Shown: in pieces, positions 8,359-18,159 of the stretch
Numbering within the stretch: position 1 is the stretch's first letter
Layout of the letters: every line of letters starts with the position of its first letter
Virus record (IMG/VR): IMGVR_UViG_3300011116_001227
Length of the DNA: 64,000 nucleotides
Strand: one strand, 5' to 3'
Source of the DNA: a virus
Lineage: Duplodnaviria; Caudoviricetes
Made by a program: the position numbers and the translations under genes
The notes under the pieces: model-generated
The model's input: only the letters and a program-made list of their open reading frames with translations
Told to the model about the DNA's origin: nothing
The model's database searches: none

Positions 8359-10272
8359 TTATACTTCGTATTCTTCAATTGAGAGCGTACTGAGATATTT
8401 TCCGCCGAAGTTTCTAGAACCTGCTGCACCGTTGACGCTGATGGGTTGTCCTGAGACTTGTGCACCAACTACGACCTTATAAACAAGAGCAGTTCCAGCG
8501 CCTGGAGAATCTACTCTGTAAGACAGGTTTGCCTCTGTTGGATATTGATTTCCTGGTGGTGCTATTCTGGTGACTGCTTCCGCGTTTGCTGTACTGTCCC
8601 TGTGTGTGTGGACGACGAATGTGTATCCTGCAGCACACGTTGCAATCACATGGGCAGTGATCTTCAGCTTGCTTGTTGCACTCTTCATGGTATAAGACGG
8701 AGTTGTGAGGATTACCTGGCCCTCTGAAAGTTGAGGAATGGTGTCGTCGATTGGGCACACGGTCGAAATGACGGCGCCATACTGACCACCAAGAGCTCCG
8801 CTTTCTACATAAGATCCACCAAGAAACTTTCCGCTAATCGTGATAGATCCTGTTGACCCTGAAGCAATTGAAATGCCAGTGCCTTCTATAAGATAAGATG
8901 ATCCATCTGACAAATTTGTAATAGAACCGCTAAGACCATTGCTAAATTTAACATTACCCGTAAATGTTGAACCACTCGACATTGCAACTTTGCTACTATC
9001 AATAGAGAGTATCACAGAAGCTCCTGGTCCGCCGTCTGTGAGCAAAATTCCATTGCCTACCGCAAGAGATCTTTCATTAGTTAAAGTTGCATCATTAGAT
9101 AATGTGACATAAGTCGAATCAACAGGCGCAATCTCAGCAGTATGTGCAAGTCTCTTTGCGCTTCCACCGATGTATGCCTGAGGACGACCCGTTGCGATAT
9201 CCATGCCGAGATGACCCAGCGTAGTGGGCGTCGAAGTTGCTAACCATTTAAGCAAAAATCCAGGTGCAGATCCGCTTAGACTTAAAGTACCTGCTGCAGA
9301 TCTATAAATCAGTGTATCTTTTGTTTGACCCGCTGAGCTGTTAAATCCTAATCCTGCAGACTCATTTGTCGGTATAGTTACATTAGAATACAATTCGAGT
9401 TCAGACGCAGTTCCGACTGGATTTAATCTCCACGTTGAAGAATTCGCATTAATGAATTCAAAACCTGATGCATTTGCCGCCGTTGAAGTTCTCCAGCCGC
9501 CAGGAGCACTTATATGCAATGGTCGAGACGGAATAGCTGTTCCGATACCAAGGTACTTATTGGTATTATCCCAGAAAAAATTTGAGTTATTTTGAGATAA
9601 TTGACCGCTAGAAGAAGCAAAGAGAACACTGCCTAAAGTCAATGGTGCAACTTTAATATCTCCAGTGAAGGTTGTGCCTGAAACAGTCGCGACTATCGAA
9701 TTATTAATCGACAAATCTACGCTGCCAGAAAGTCCTCCACCCAATAAACCTGACCCGGCAGTGATACCAGTTATATCGCCATCAATAGAACCAGATCTGG
9801 AAATAGTAATAGACCCAGTTGATCCTGTAGCAATTAATACACCGCTACCAGCAACCAGGTAAGAAGTACCGTCGACTAATTTTGTTAATGATCCTGATAG
9901 ACCATTGGTAACTTTTAAAATTGTCGACGTGATAGTATTTGATGATTTATTGTAAGTTAATCCTGAATTTCCCGAGAATAAACCTGCATCATTAAACTGT
10001 ACGTATGTGTCACTCCCGCCAGGAGAAGTAGATCCGCCGCCTCCTCCGCCTCCTGCGGAAGATATTGTTAATGTTTGCGATGTTCCAGATACACCATTAA
10101 CTGCAAGAGTAATGTTGTTACCGGCAACAAGCTTAGAAGAAAGAAAATCAGATGAAGAATCATTTGACGTTATTCTGACTTTAGTAAAGTCTTTTTCTAA
10201 ATCGTCTGAAATATCAGCACTAGTAATCGATCCATCTGCAATCTGAGAGCCTTTTATCTGTGATGTTGACAC
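8359..10272 (-). CDS. tail fibre / baseplate-associated structural protein
   Basis: 637 aa, G/S/T-rich, poly-Gly linker, DGSITSADI N-terminus, duplicated 36-aa NGLSGS...GSITIS block. Confidence 0.7.
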   Translation of the reverse strand: MSTSQIKGSQIADGSITSADISDDLEKDFTKVRITSNDSSSDFLSSKLVAGNNITLAVNGVSGTSQTLTISSAGGGGGGGSTSPGGSDTYVQFNDAGLFSGNSGLTYNKSSNTITSTILKVTNGLSGSLTKLVDGTSYLVAGSGVLIATGSTGSITISRSGSIDGDITGITAGSGLLGGGLSGSVDLSINNSIVATVSGTTFTGDIKVAPLTLGSVLFASSSGQLSQNNSNFFWDNTNKYLGIGTAIPSRPLHISAPGGWRTSTAANASGFEFINANSSTWRLNPVGTASELELYSNVTIPTNESAGLGFNSSAGQTKDTLIYRSAAGTLSLSGSAPGFLLKWLATSTPTTLGHLGMDIATGRPQAYIGGSAKRLAHTAEIAPVDSTYVTLSNDATLTNERSLAVGNGILLTDGGPGASVILSIDSSKVAMSSGSTFTGNVKFSNGLSGSITNLSDGSSYLIEGTGISIASGSTGSITISGKFLGGSYVESGALGGQYGAVISTVCPIDDTIPQLSEGQVILTTPSYTMKSATSKLKITAHVIATCAAGYTFVVHTHRDSTANAEAVTRIAPPGNQYPTEANLSYRVDSPGAGTALVYKVVVGAQVSGQPISVNGAAGSRNFGGKYLSTLSIEEYEV

Positions 10273-10290
10273 ATCATATATGTATTTAGC

Positions 10291-10437
10291 TTAGACTTTT
10301 TTGTCATCTTCATTCTTAACATCTTTCTCGTCAATGTCATCGTTATTTTGTCTACTATTAACAATTCCCACTACAAGATTATTCACAAGTACAATGACGA
10401 ATAGTGACAAAGTAAATGTTAGGTAAGGGTGTGCCAT
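10291..10437 (-). CDS. small membrane protein (not in ORF track)
   Basis: Hand-translated 48 aa MAHPYLTFTLSLFVIVLVNNLVVGIV... single TM plus charged tail. Confidence 0.35.
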   Translation of the reverse strand: MAHPYLTFTLSLFVIVLVNNLVVGIVNSRQNNDDIDEKDVKNEDDKKV

Positions 10438-10467
10438 TGTCCATTCTTGCATAATTTCCTCTACGTA

Positions 10468-10803
10468 TTACTTATTTCTTCTAACGACGCGGCCGCGAGA
10501 AGTATCATAAGGACTCACTTCTATTGTAACATTATCACCCGGCAAAATTTGAATATGATTCTGTCTCATCTTTCCGCTAAGGGTAGCAAGAACCATCACG
10601 TCGCCATTTGTGATCTTTACTCTAAACCATGTCCCAGGTAATGCTTCTTCAACAACACCGACTAGAGTGAGTTTATCGTCACGATCATCTTTTTTATTAG
10701 ACCCTGAGTGCTTAAAATCTCTTCTTCCTTTAGAAGATTTTTTTGGCTGATCTTTTGTTTTATAAGTGTCAAAATTTTCGCTTGATTCTGTTGTGTCTCG
10801 CAT
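10468..10803 (-). CDS. infA: translation initiation factor IF-1 with N-terminal extension
   Basis: GVVEEALPGTWFRVK...LSGKMRQNHIQILPGDNVTIEVSPYDTSRGRV is the IF-1 S1 domain. Confidence 0.92.
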   Translation of the reverse strand: MRDTTESSENFDTYKTKDQPKKSSKGRRDFKHSGSNKKDDRDDKLTLVGVVEEALPGTWFRVKITNGDVMVLATLSGKMRQNHIQILPGDNVTIEVSPYDTSRGRVVRRNK

Positions 10804-10826
10804 CTTGCTCTTTTAATGTTATACTG

Positions 10827-11255
10827 TTACGTGTTATTTGTTTCTACAATACTATCAAATTCAAACTTTCCTAAAGACTTATTATTTAGAAATAACTCAG
10901 CGTTAGATAAGCTTGATTTACTATTCTCTATTAACCACTTAGCTTGAACTATAAATCCATCAGTATGACTTGACCATCTGCCCAACTCATTTGGCAAATA
11001 GACAGTGTTTCCGTCAGGTTGTGGAATATATCTTCCTTCAGGAATATAAAATTCTGCTGCGTTAAAAATTTTAACTTCTCCCGTAGCGACGACTAATGAA
11101 ATATTTTTGTCTACAGGATGAACTCCAATACCCACAATTTTCTCATTAATATTTGATTTTTTTCGTATGTCGTCAATCTGTGTCTGAGTCAAACACTCAA
11201 CATACTCTGGTAATTCTAAAGTCGTAGATGCAAAATTTAAATTTCTCTTTATCAT
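10827..11255 (-). CDS. hypothetical protein
   Basis: 142-aa ORF in the minus-strand block. Confidence 0.55.
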   Translation of the reverse strand: MIKRNLNFASTTLELPEYVECLTQTQIDDIRKKSNINEKIVGIGVHPVDKNISLVVATGEVKIFNAAEFYIPEGRYIPQPDGNTVYLPNELGRWSSHTDGFIVQAKWLIENSKSSLSNAELFLNNKSLGKFEFDSIVETNNT

Positions 11256-11481
11256 AAGTGATTTATCGCGCTAAAATTAATATTTACTTAAATTAACAAT
11301 TTCAAATCATGTGACACTGTTCGATTTGTTTGGAGCTCAGATCTCAAGTCTTATGCTTCGAAGTCTTCAATTCATAAAATTGGAGCTTCAGTAAAGAGAG
11401 GTGAGCAAGGAGTTGTTATATCATCCTTTAAAGAATCCACACAAGCATTGTTCTGTTTTCTAATAGAAAAATAGTTCTCAT

Positions 11482-11751
11482 TTATTCATGGATGATTGCT
11501 TCTTTAGAAGACGAATAAGTCTGCTGTAACAAAAGCTCTGATCTTTGAAATGGTCCTTTGTAATCACCATCTTCAGAATATACATAAAAGACTGGAGAAT
11601 AAGAAGAAAGAATTCTACTTGTGTGAGTTGATTTCTCTAAGCCCTGGACTGGGTTAGATTTTTTTATAACAATTCCAAGATTGTAGACATCAGAAGAATT
11701 AATTCGATTATTCTGTTTAATTGTTACTAAGTCTCCTATATCGATGTGCAT
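11482..11751 (-). CDS. small SH3/KOW-like hypothetical protein
   Basis: DIGDLVTI...GIVIK...FYVYSEDG. Confidence 0.5.
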   Translation of the reverse strand: MHIDIGDLVTIKQNNRINSSDVYNLGIVIKKSNPVQGLEKSTHTSRILSSYSPVFYVYSEDGDYKGPFQRSELLLQQTYSSSKEAIIHE

Positions 11752-11957
11752 ATTCTAGCTTTCAAAGCTTCGTCTGTCAAAGATTCTAAATCAATTAATG
11801 CATTTGATAAATGCTCTTGCAATTTATAAGCGCCTTCATTATTCCAAAGCACAATCCAGCAGTCTTCTTCTAAATTAGATTGAGACACTACTATTCCCAA
11901 TATATGGGAATTTAAATTCCATCTTATCTTTTTGGCGACGAGGGCGCCGAGCCGCAT
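11736..11957 (-). CDS. small SH3/KOW-like hypothetical protein
   Basis: MRLGALVAK...GIVVS...WIVLWNNEG. Confidence 0.5.
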   Translation of the reverse strand: MRLGALVAKKIRWNLNSHILGIVVSQSNLEEDCWIVLWNNEGAYKLQEHLSNALIDLESLTDEALKARICTSI

Positions 11958-11972
11958 TATCTAAAATATCAA

Positions 11973-13601
11973 TCATGATTCATCTTCAACAATTACAGCA
12001 TCTAACGACAAGAAAGTGCAAGTTACAGATGCTGCATTTCTAAGAGCTGTTCTTGTTACCTTAACAGGATCTATAATTCCTGCATCGATCATGTCGACAT
12101 ACTGGTCTACCGATGCATTGTAACCTAAGTTACTAGATCCCGATTCGCTCTTTTTTCTAATTAAATCATTAACAATTACTTCATGACTCTTGTCGGCATT
12201 CTCAGAAATTCTTTTAATCGGAGCTAAACACGCGTCAGAAATAATTGAGCCTCCGACGCCGAATTCTTTCCAGCCTTCATTTTTATTGTCTGATAATTGA
12301 CGCCAAATTTCAAAAAGTGCCATGCCTCCGCCAGGAACAATTCCTTCTTCGACAGCAGCACGCGTTGCATTTAAAGCATCTTCAATTCTATACTTTGTTT
12401 CAATAATCTCTAATTCTGTAGCTCCTCCAACTTTAATGACAGCGACTCCTGAAGATAATCTTGCAATTCTAAGACGAAGTCTATCAGCTTCTTCTTGAGT
12501 TAACGTGATATCCTGAAGCTGAGACCTTAAATTGGCAACGTGATCGTCAATTGACAACTTTGTGCCACCTGTGCCTACCATTGTGGTTGATTTAGCATCA
12601 ACCAAAAAACTCTTCAGAGATCCAAGATCAGACATTGTTGTCTTGTTGAGAGTCAATCCTGTTGATGGTGAAACAATTTTAGCACCAGTCATAACAGAAA
12701 TGTCTTTTATAAATTCTTCTCTACTTTTTCCATATCCTGGTGATTTAATTGCAACAACGGGAAGATTAGCATTCACTCGGTTGACAACTAAACCCTGCAG
12801 AGCTTCGCCATCTACTTCATCTGCAATAACTAACAGTGGGACTTTTGACTGCATTACTTTTTCAAGCAGTGGTATCATGTCGCGCATGCTGTTGAGTTTC
12901 TGATCAACTAATAAAACTTTTGCATCGCTATAAGCAGCATGCATCTTTTCAGAATTCGTCACAAAGTAAGGACTCAGATATCCTCGATCAATCTGCATTC
13001 CTTCAACGATATCGAGTTGCGTAGACGTACTCTTGGCTTCTTCTACCGTGATAATTCCGTCGTATCCCACTTTTGTCATTGCGTCTGCGATCGTTTCTCC
13101 AATTGTACGATCACCGTTCGCGCTGATTGTTGCAATTTGTGCAATTTCTTCTGAAGTAGTTAACTGCTTCGCAGTCTCTTTTAACATTGAAGAAACAACT
13201 TCGGCAGCCTTGCTGATTCCACTGCAGAGTTCTTTTGCATCGTATCCGGCCTCTAAGAGCCTTAGACCAGATTTTACCATAGAAAAAGTCAAAACAGTCG
13301 CTGTCGTAGTACCATCTCCCGCAATATCATTTGTCTGTGTCGCAGCTTCTCTAATTAATGCAGCACCCATTCTTTCAATTGGAGTCTTAAGATGTATAGA
13401 CTTGCTGACAGTAACACCGTCTTTTGTGATAATTGGCTGAGAATTAGGATCTTGCTGAATTAGAACACATTTACCTCGCGGACCCAAAGTACAACCAACA
13501 GCATGCGCAACTGTCTGCATACCTTGAAAAAGAGATTTTCTTGCGCCTGACGAAAAAATAACTTTAGTAGATCTAACTTCTTCAATCTTATTACTATACA
13601 T
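11973..13601 (-). CDS. groEL: group I chaperonin GroEL
   Basis: TLGPRG, ITKDGVTV, AGDGTTTATVL, VAVIKVGG, GIVPGGG, GIIDPVKV; no GGM tail. Confidence 0.95.
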   Translation of the reverse strand: MYSNKIEEVRSTKVIFSSGARKSLFQGMQTVAHAVGCTLGPRGKCVLIQQDPNSQPIITKDGVTVSKSIHLKTPIERMGAALIREAATQTNDIAGDGTTTATVLTFSMVKSGLRLLEAGYDAKELCSGISKAAEVVSSMLKETAKQLTTSEEIAQIATISANGDRTIGETIADAMTKVGYDGIITVEEAKSTSTQLDIVEGMQIDRGYLSPYFVTNSEKMHAAYSDAKVLLVDQKLNSMRDMIPLLEKVMQSKVPLLVIADEVDGEALQGLVVNRVNANLPVVAIKSPGYGKSREEFIKDISVMTGAKIVSPSTGLTLNKTTMSDLGSLKSFLVDAKSTTMVGTGGTKLSIDDHVANLRSQLQDITLTQEEADRLRLRIARLSSGVAVIKVGGATELEIIETKYRIEDALNATRAAVEEGIVPGGGMALFEIWRQLSDNKNEGWKEFGVGGSIISDACLAPIKRISENADKSHEVIVNDLIRKKSESGSSNLGYNASVDQYVDMIDAGIIDPVKVTRTALRNAASVTCTFLSLDAVIVEDES

Positions 13602-13642
13602 GAAGAAAAGTTTATGACAAATTCAAGAGATGTATAAGCTTA

Positions 13643-13918
13643 TTATGCTTTTACAATCTGTGTCCAAACAGGCTTTCCTGATTTCCATGCAACTGCGATA
13701 TTACCCTTGCGATAGTTGTCTAGAACTTGAAGTAAAGTGTCTCTCTGCTGATTATCAACAGCATTGTTTATAAAAGTTTGTAGACGTTTTTCTGTATAAT
13801 CAATTATTGATTTTAATTCTACAGCTGAAAGTTGGGACTTATGAAGCTGAAATTCGGTGCATCTTTCACCTAATTTCCAGCCGGGAGGATTTCTTTTTGT
13901 CGCCATTTCTGCTTTCAT
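13643..13918 (-). CDS. hypothetical protein
   Basis: ORF 13643..13930; ATG at 13918 preferred. Confidence 0.5.
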   Translation of the reverse strand: MKAEMATKRNPPGWKLGERCTEFQLHKSQLSAVELKSIIDYTEKRLQTFINNAVDNQQRDTLLQVLDNYRKGNIAVAWKSGKPVWTQIVKA

Positions 13919-13981
13919 TACTGACCTCAAAAGTCATCACTTATAAATATCGATTATTAATTAATGAAAGAAAATTTAAAA

Positions 13982-14827
13982 TCAAATCTGACAAATCTTG
14001 CACCACCAGCTAGTTCGTTTGTCTAACGTTTCTTCACGGCAAACATCATGTCCACAAGGACAAAACTTTTTATTGTAGATTCTAAATTGGAATTGAGAAT
14101 CTCCCTTATCACCCTCGACTGTTCTATATGTTCTAATAGAAGCACCATGATCAGCGTAAGACTCTCTGGGTACAATCAGAGATTCAGACCAAATACGCAA
14201 TATGTCATCGTTACTTAAACTAGAAATAAGTCTATGCGGAGAAATTGAAGATCGATACAGAATTTCTGACTTAAGATAATTTCCAATTCCTGATACTGCC
14301 GTCTGATTCATTAAAACTTCAGCAATAGTTTTTGAAGGATAATGCAAGATTCTTTCTGCGAATAATTCTGGATCTAACAAATGGTCTTCAAGAACATCTG
14401 GTCCTAGTGAGTTTAGTTTCTTGTCATGTTGTAATTGATCGCAGACAAATTTAATAGTGCCAAAACGTCGAGTATCATTGAAGAACAACTTTTGCTGGTC
14501 TCGGGTGACGAGGCTACCCGAACCATTATATTCCACAATGAAAGCCGCGTGTTTTCCGGCGGTGCGAGACCACTGACCTGACATGCCATATGTGCACCAC
14601 ATGTACCATGTCTTGTCTTGACCTTTTAACGTCCACCACATGAACTTGCCCTTTGTGTCGACTGTCTCGACCCGCAGCGGAAGATCATTAATGATATTTG
14701 ACATGCCTTCGGGTTGCTTTGCAGAATAGCGCCCCGTCGATGTCGTAAGGAATCTTGTGATTTTTTTATCAAGCAAGACCTCTCTAAGTCTATCACGTGA
14801 ATGTTTGAGTTCTGGTCCTTCTGGGAT
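13982..14827 (-). CDS. Fpg/Nei-family DNA glycosylase/AP lyase
   Basis: In-frame PEGPE N-terminal motif at 14824, KGKFM, DTRRFG, H2TH SGIGNYLKSEILY, C-terminal Zn finger; the codon before Pro is ATC (14827-14825) with AAGGAGG 8 nt upstream. Confidence 0.9.
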   Translation of the reverse strand: MPEGPELKHSRDRLREVLLDKKITRFLTTSTGRYSAKQPEGMSNIINDLPLRVETVDTKGKFMWWTLKGQDKTWYMWCTYGMSGQWSRTAGKHAAFIVEYNGSGSLVTRDQQKLFFNDTRRFGTIKFVCDQLQHDKKLNSLGPDVLEDHLLDPELFAERILHYPSKTIAEVLMNQTAVSGIGNYLKSEILYRSSISPHRLISSLSNDDILRIWSESLIVPRESYADHGASIRTYRTVEGDKGDSQFQFRIYNKKFCPCGHDVCREETLDKRTSWWCKICQI

Positions 14828-14842
14828 TGGAATACCCTCCTT

Positions 14843-15445
14843 TCATGCTTGTTTCTGACGAATTAGCTTGAGTATAGTATGATGAGAACAGCCCCATTTT
14901 CTACCGAGTTTATAAGCGGGAACGTTGGCCTCATAATCACTGATTATTGATTTGCATTCTTCGTCTGTGAAATCAACAATTTTTTTACTCGGTTTCCTGG
15001 ATTTACGTGGGCCGTCAGTTTTCAACTTCTTGCCTTTGTTCCAGGGCACTCTCCCTTTGCATGCCTCAACCACGTTCTTCTTCCACTCGGGTGGAAGGCC
15101 GTTGACGTAGACTTCTTTCATCTTTTCTTTGATTAGTTGTTTGGTTTCTTCGGAGTGTGTGTCACCCACACCCATACCGCCTGTGTCCCAAGACAAGTTG
15201 TAGAACATCGGATTAACGGGAGCGCGAAAGATGCTTATCCACTTCTTCTCGCAGTCAATTGCTGTGCGAAGGTCGACACCGGCACCCAAATCCTCTAGGA
15301 TGATGTATGTAAAATTTTCCTCACCATGTTTTTCGATAGATTGTCTCAATAACATGCCAGATCCAAGATAGCTTGGGTCCCTCCTAGCGTTTCTTCCTAC
15401 ATACATCTTTCCGTTTAGCTTATTTACAGTCAAGTATATCCACAT
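14843..15445 (-). mobile_element. free-standing GIY-YIG homing endonuclease (Seg-like, NUMOD-type repeats)
   Basis: WIYLTVNKLNGKMYVG...YLGSG...HGEENF...YNL...HSEETKQLI, PWNKGKK; ATG 15445 with AAGGAGG. Confidence 0.85.
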
Positions 15446-15466
15446 TTGGACCTCCTTGACGTAAGT

Positions 15467-15484
15467 ATGCCCGAGCTCGGGCAT
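15467..15484. repeat. perfect 18-bp palindrome ATGCCCGAGCTCGGGCAT
   Basis: Self-complementary; lies 9 nt upstream of the SD of the GIY-YIG gene. Confidence 0.8.
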
Positions 15485-15652
15485 TATTTGAGCTAGACAT
15501 GAAATCAATTTATAGACCCTTTGACTAAGACTTCCGGCATGTGATTTAATGTAACACATTCAGTCTGTTATTTGTAAGACTACAATTTTTGTTTGTAAAA
15601 AACAAAAGATAATCAAAGTTTAGATGATTACTTATAATCAGAGCAATAACTC

Positions 15653-16819
15653 ATGAGCATCTTTCGCGAACACAAAACAGTGGCTGATAGAACGGCGTCG
15701 GATCGTCGAAGGCACAAACAAAAAATCGAAAAGGCAATCCGCGAAGGCATCCACCACATCGTCGCGGATGAAAGCATTATCGGACAAGACGGCAAACAAA
15801 AGTACAGAATACCTGTCCGCGGAATCAAAGAATATCGATTCGTTTACGGAAGCAACGGCAAGCAGGTCGGATCAGCTCCTGGTAAAGATGTCAAAAAAGG
15901 TCAAAAGATCGGCGACAAGCCCGAAGAGCAAGGTGGACAACCCAATAAAGCTGGTGGCGACAGGGGAGAAGAGTATTACGACGTTGAAGTTACTCACGAA
16001 GAGCTGGCTCAATACCTCTTCGCGGAACTAAAGCTTCCAGAGCTCCAAAAGAGGCAACTCGCCAACATCGACACCGAAAAACTTAAGCGTAAGGGTTATC
16101 GTCCACAGGGTATCATGCCTCGTCTCGATCGGAAAAAATCAGCGATTGCTCGAATTAAGCGCATGAAAGCAGCTGGTTTTGATCCTGAAAAGGCAGAAGA
16201 GGGTGAAACATTCTCTTTCCATGAAGATGATCTCATGTATCGTCACTATAAGATGAAAAAGAAACCCTGCACGAATGCAGTTATCTTCTTCGTGATGGAC
16301 GTCAGCGGATCCATGTCTCAAGACAAGAAGTTTCTTGCGAGATCTTTCTTCTTCTTACTTTATCAATTTATTCGTCTTAAATACGAAACAATAGAAATTA
16401 ATTTTATTTCTCACGACACAGAAGCACATGAAGTCGAAGAAAAAGATTTCTTTACAAAAGCTTCAACTGGCGGAACAAAGGCATCTTCAGCGATGTTTCT
16501 TGTTAATAACATTATTGAAAAAAGATATCATCCATCTTCGTGGAACATCTATCTCTTCCAGTGCTCTGATGGAGATAACTTCCAAGAAGATAACGCTAAA
16601 TTTTTAGAACAAGTAAATAAAATTACTTCAGTTGCTCAACTCTTTGGTTACTGCGAGATAGAGCCTGAAACTAGTTGGATGTCTGATCCTGGCAAGCTAT
16701 TTCAGCTACTTCGACCTCTTCAGAGCAACAAACTGAAGGAAGTTAGAATTCAAAAGAAAGAAGAGGTCTGGCCGGCATTCATGAGTCTCATGGGTGGAAC
16801 TTCGACGGAGAACGATTGA
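15653..16819 (+). CDS. yeaH: YeaH/YhbH (DUF444) family vWA protein
   Basis: DRRRHKQKI, IPVRGIKEY, MDVSGSM, LARSFFFLL, GGTKASSA, SWNIYLFQCSDGDN. Confidence 0.9.
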   Translation: MSIFREHKTVADRTASDRRRHKQKIEKAIREGIHHIVADESIIGQDGKQKYRIPVRGIKEYRFVYGSNGKQVGSAPGKDVKKGQKIGDKPEEQGGQPNKAGGDRGEEYYDVEVTHEELAQYLFAELKLPELQKRQLANIDTEKLKRKGYRPQGIMPRLDRKKSAIARIKRMKAAGFDPEKAEEGETFSFHEDDLMYRHYKMKKKPCTNAVIFFVMDVSGSMSQDKKFLARSFFFLLYQFIRLKYETIEINFISHDTEAHEVEEKDFFTKASTGGTKASSAMFLVNNIIEKRYHPSSWNIYLFQCSDGDNFQEDNAKFLEQVNKITSVAQLFGYCEIEPETSWMSDPGKLFQLLRPLQSNKLKEVRIQKKEEVWPAFMSLMGGTSTEND

Positions 16820-18126
16820 TGGATTACAAATTAGAAGACCTCAAGACGTGGGACGAAAGAATCGTAGATCTAGCAAAGAAGCACGATCTCGACTGGTTTG
16901 AACTCGACTACGAAGTGGTTGACTACCACGAGATGATCGGAGCTATGGTCCATCACGGCATGCCATCCATGTATTCCCATTGGTCTTTCGGCAAGTCTTT
17001 CGAACAGACAATGAATCGCTACAACGTGGGAATGGAAGGCCTTCCCTATGAGCTCATCATCAACAGTGATCCTTCACTGGCTTACTTGATGAGAGAGAAT
17101 CCACTCTACCTCCAGATCCTCATCATGGCTCACTGTGTCGGTCACTCTGATTTCTTCAAGAACAATAGGATGTTCAAGAGCACCAGGCCAGAATCTGTCA
17201 TCCAACGTCTAAGAGCAGCCAAGAAGAGAATCCAGAGCTATGTTGAAAATCAACACATCGGCATTGAAAAAGTTGAAAGAACAATAGACGCATGTCAGGC
17301 TCTACAGTTTCAAACCACGAAGTACGGTCAAGTCAGAAGACCACATAAAGAAATTTACGCTGAGTATGTAGAACTAATTAATAATGATAAAGACGGAAGA
17401 TACAAAAATTTTAATCTAGAAACTTTTCCTATTGAACCAGACTACGATTTATTAGGATTTCTTGAAGAGAACGCTGATATCCCTGACTGGCAACGAGATA
17501 TCATTCACGTCTGCCGTGAAGAAGGTCAATACTTCTGGCCGCAGATCCAAACAAAGATCATGAACGAAGGTTGGGCTTCATACTGGCACTACACATTGTG
17601 CCACGAGCTCGATCTTCCAGGTGAACTGCATCTCCCAATTGTAAAGATGCATAATGCGGTGGTTCGTCCTCACATCGGTGCAATCAACCCATACCACCTT
17701 GGATTCCACCTCTTCCAAAAGATCAAGGAACGTCATGGAATCGAAGAATGCTTCCTCGCAAGAGAGGTGTGCTATGACGTATCTTTCCTGCGACAATACC
17801 TCACAGAAGAAGACTGCATCGAACTGAACCTGTTCTCGTATTCTGCAAAGAAAAGAGTCGGTGTCACTGTAGACGACGTTTCTGATGAACGAGGCTGGAA
17901 GCAAGTAAAAGAAGACTTAGTTGCACAAGTTGCAGGCGGATCAATTCCTGTTGTCTTTGTTGACGAAGTAAAACGTGATGGCACGTTAATTGTCAAGCAC
18001 GAGTTCGAAGGAAGAGAACTTGAACTTAAACATGCAAAAGAAGTAGTTGATCACATTAAATACTTGTGGAACAAACCAGTTAAATTTTACACAATACTAG
18101 AAGACGAACCTTGGGAGATTGACTAA
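16816..18126 (+). CDS. spoVR: SpoVR/YcgB family protein
   Basis: GMPSMYSHWSFGK, YELIINSDP, AHCVGHSDFFKNN, QTKIMNEGWASYWH, NPYHLG. Confidence 0.92.
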   Translation: MMDYKLEDLKTWDERIVDLAKKHDLDWFELDYEVVDYHEMIGAMVHHGMPSMYSHWSFGKSFEQTMNRYNVGMEGLPYELIINSDPSLAYLMRENPLYLQILIMAHCVGHSDFFKNNRMFKSTRPESVIQRLRAAKKRIQSYVENQHIGIEKVERTIDACQALQFQTTKYGQVRRPHKEIYAEYVELINNDKDGRYKNFNLETFPIEPDYDLLGFLEENADIPDWQRDIIHVCREEGQYFWPQIQTKIMNEGWASYWHYTLCHELDLPGELHLPIVKMHNAVVRPHIGAINPYHLGFHLFQKIKERHGIEECFLAREVCYDVSFLRQYLTEEDCIELNLFSYSAKKRVGVTVDDVSDERGWKQVKEDLVAQVAGGSIPVVFVDEVKRDGTLIVKHEFEGRELELKHAKEVVDHIKYLWNKPVKFYTILEDEPWEID

Positions 18127-18159
18127 ACTTCACCTTCAAGAAAGAATAGATATAACATC

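Noticed and set aside
15446-15559. MPEL peptide upstream of the GIY-YIG gene as a first exon of the Fpg gene (intron model)
   Set aside because: MPEL arises from the palindrome, the Fpg frame already has its own PEGPE, and no group I intron core was recognised.
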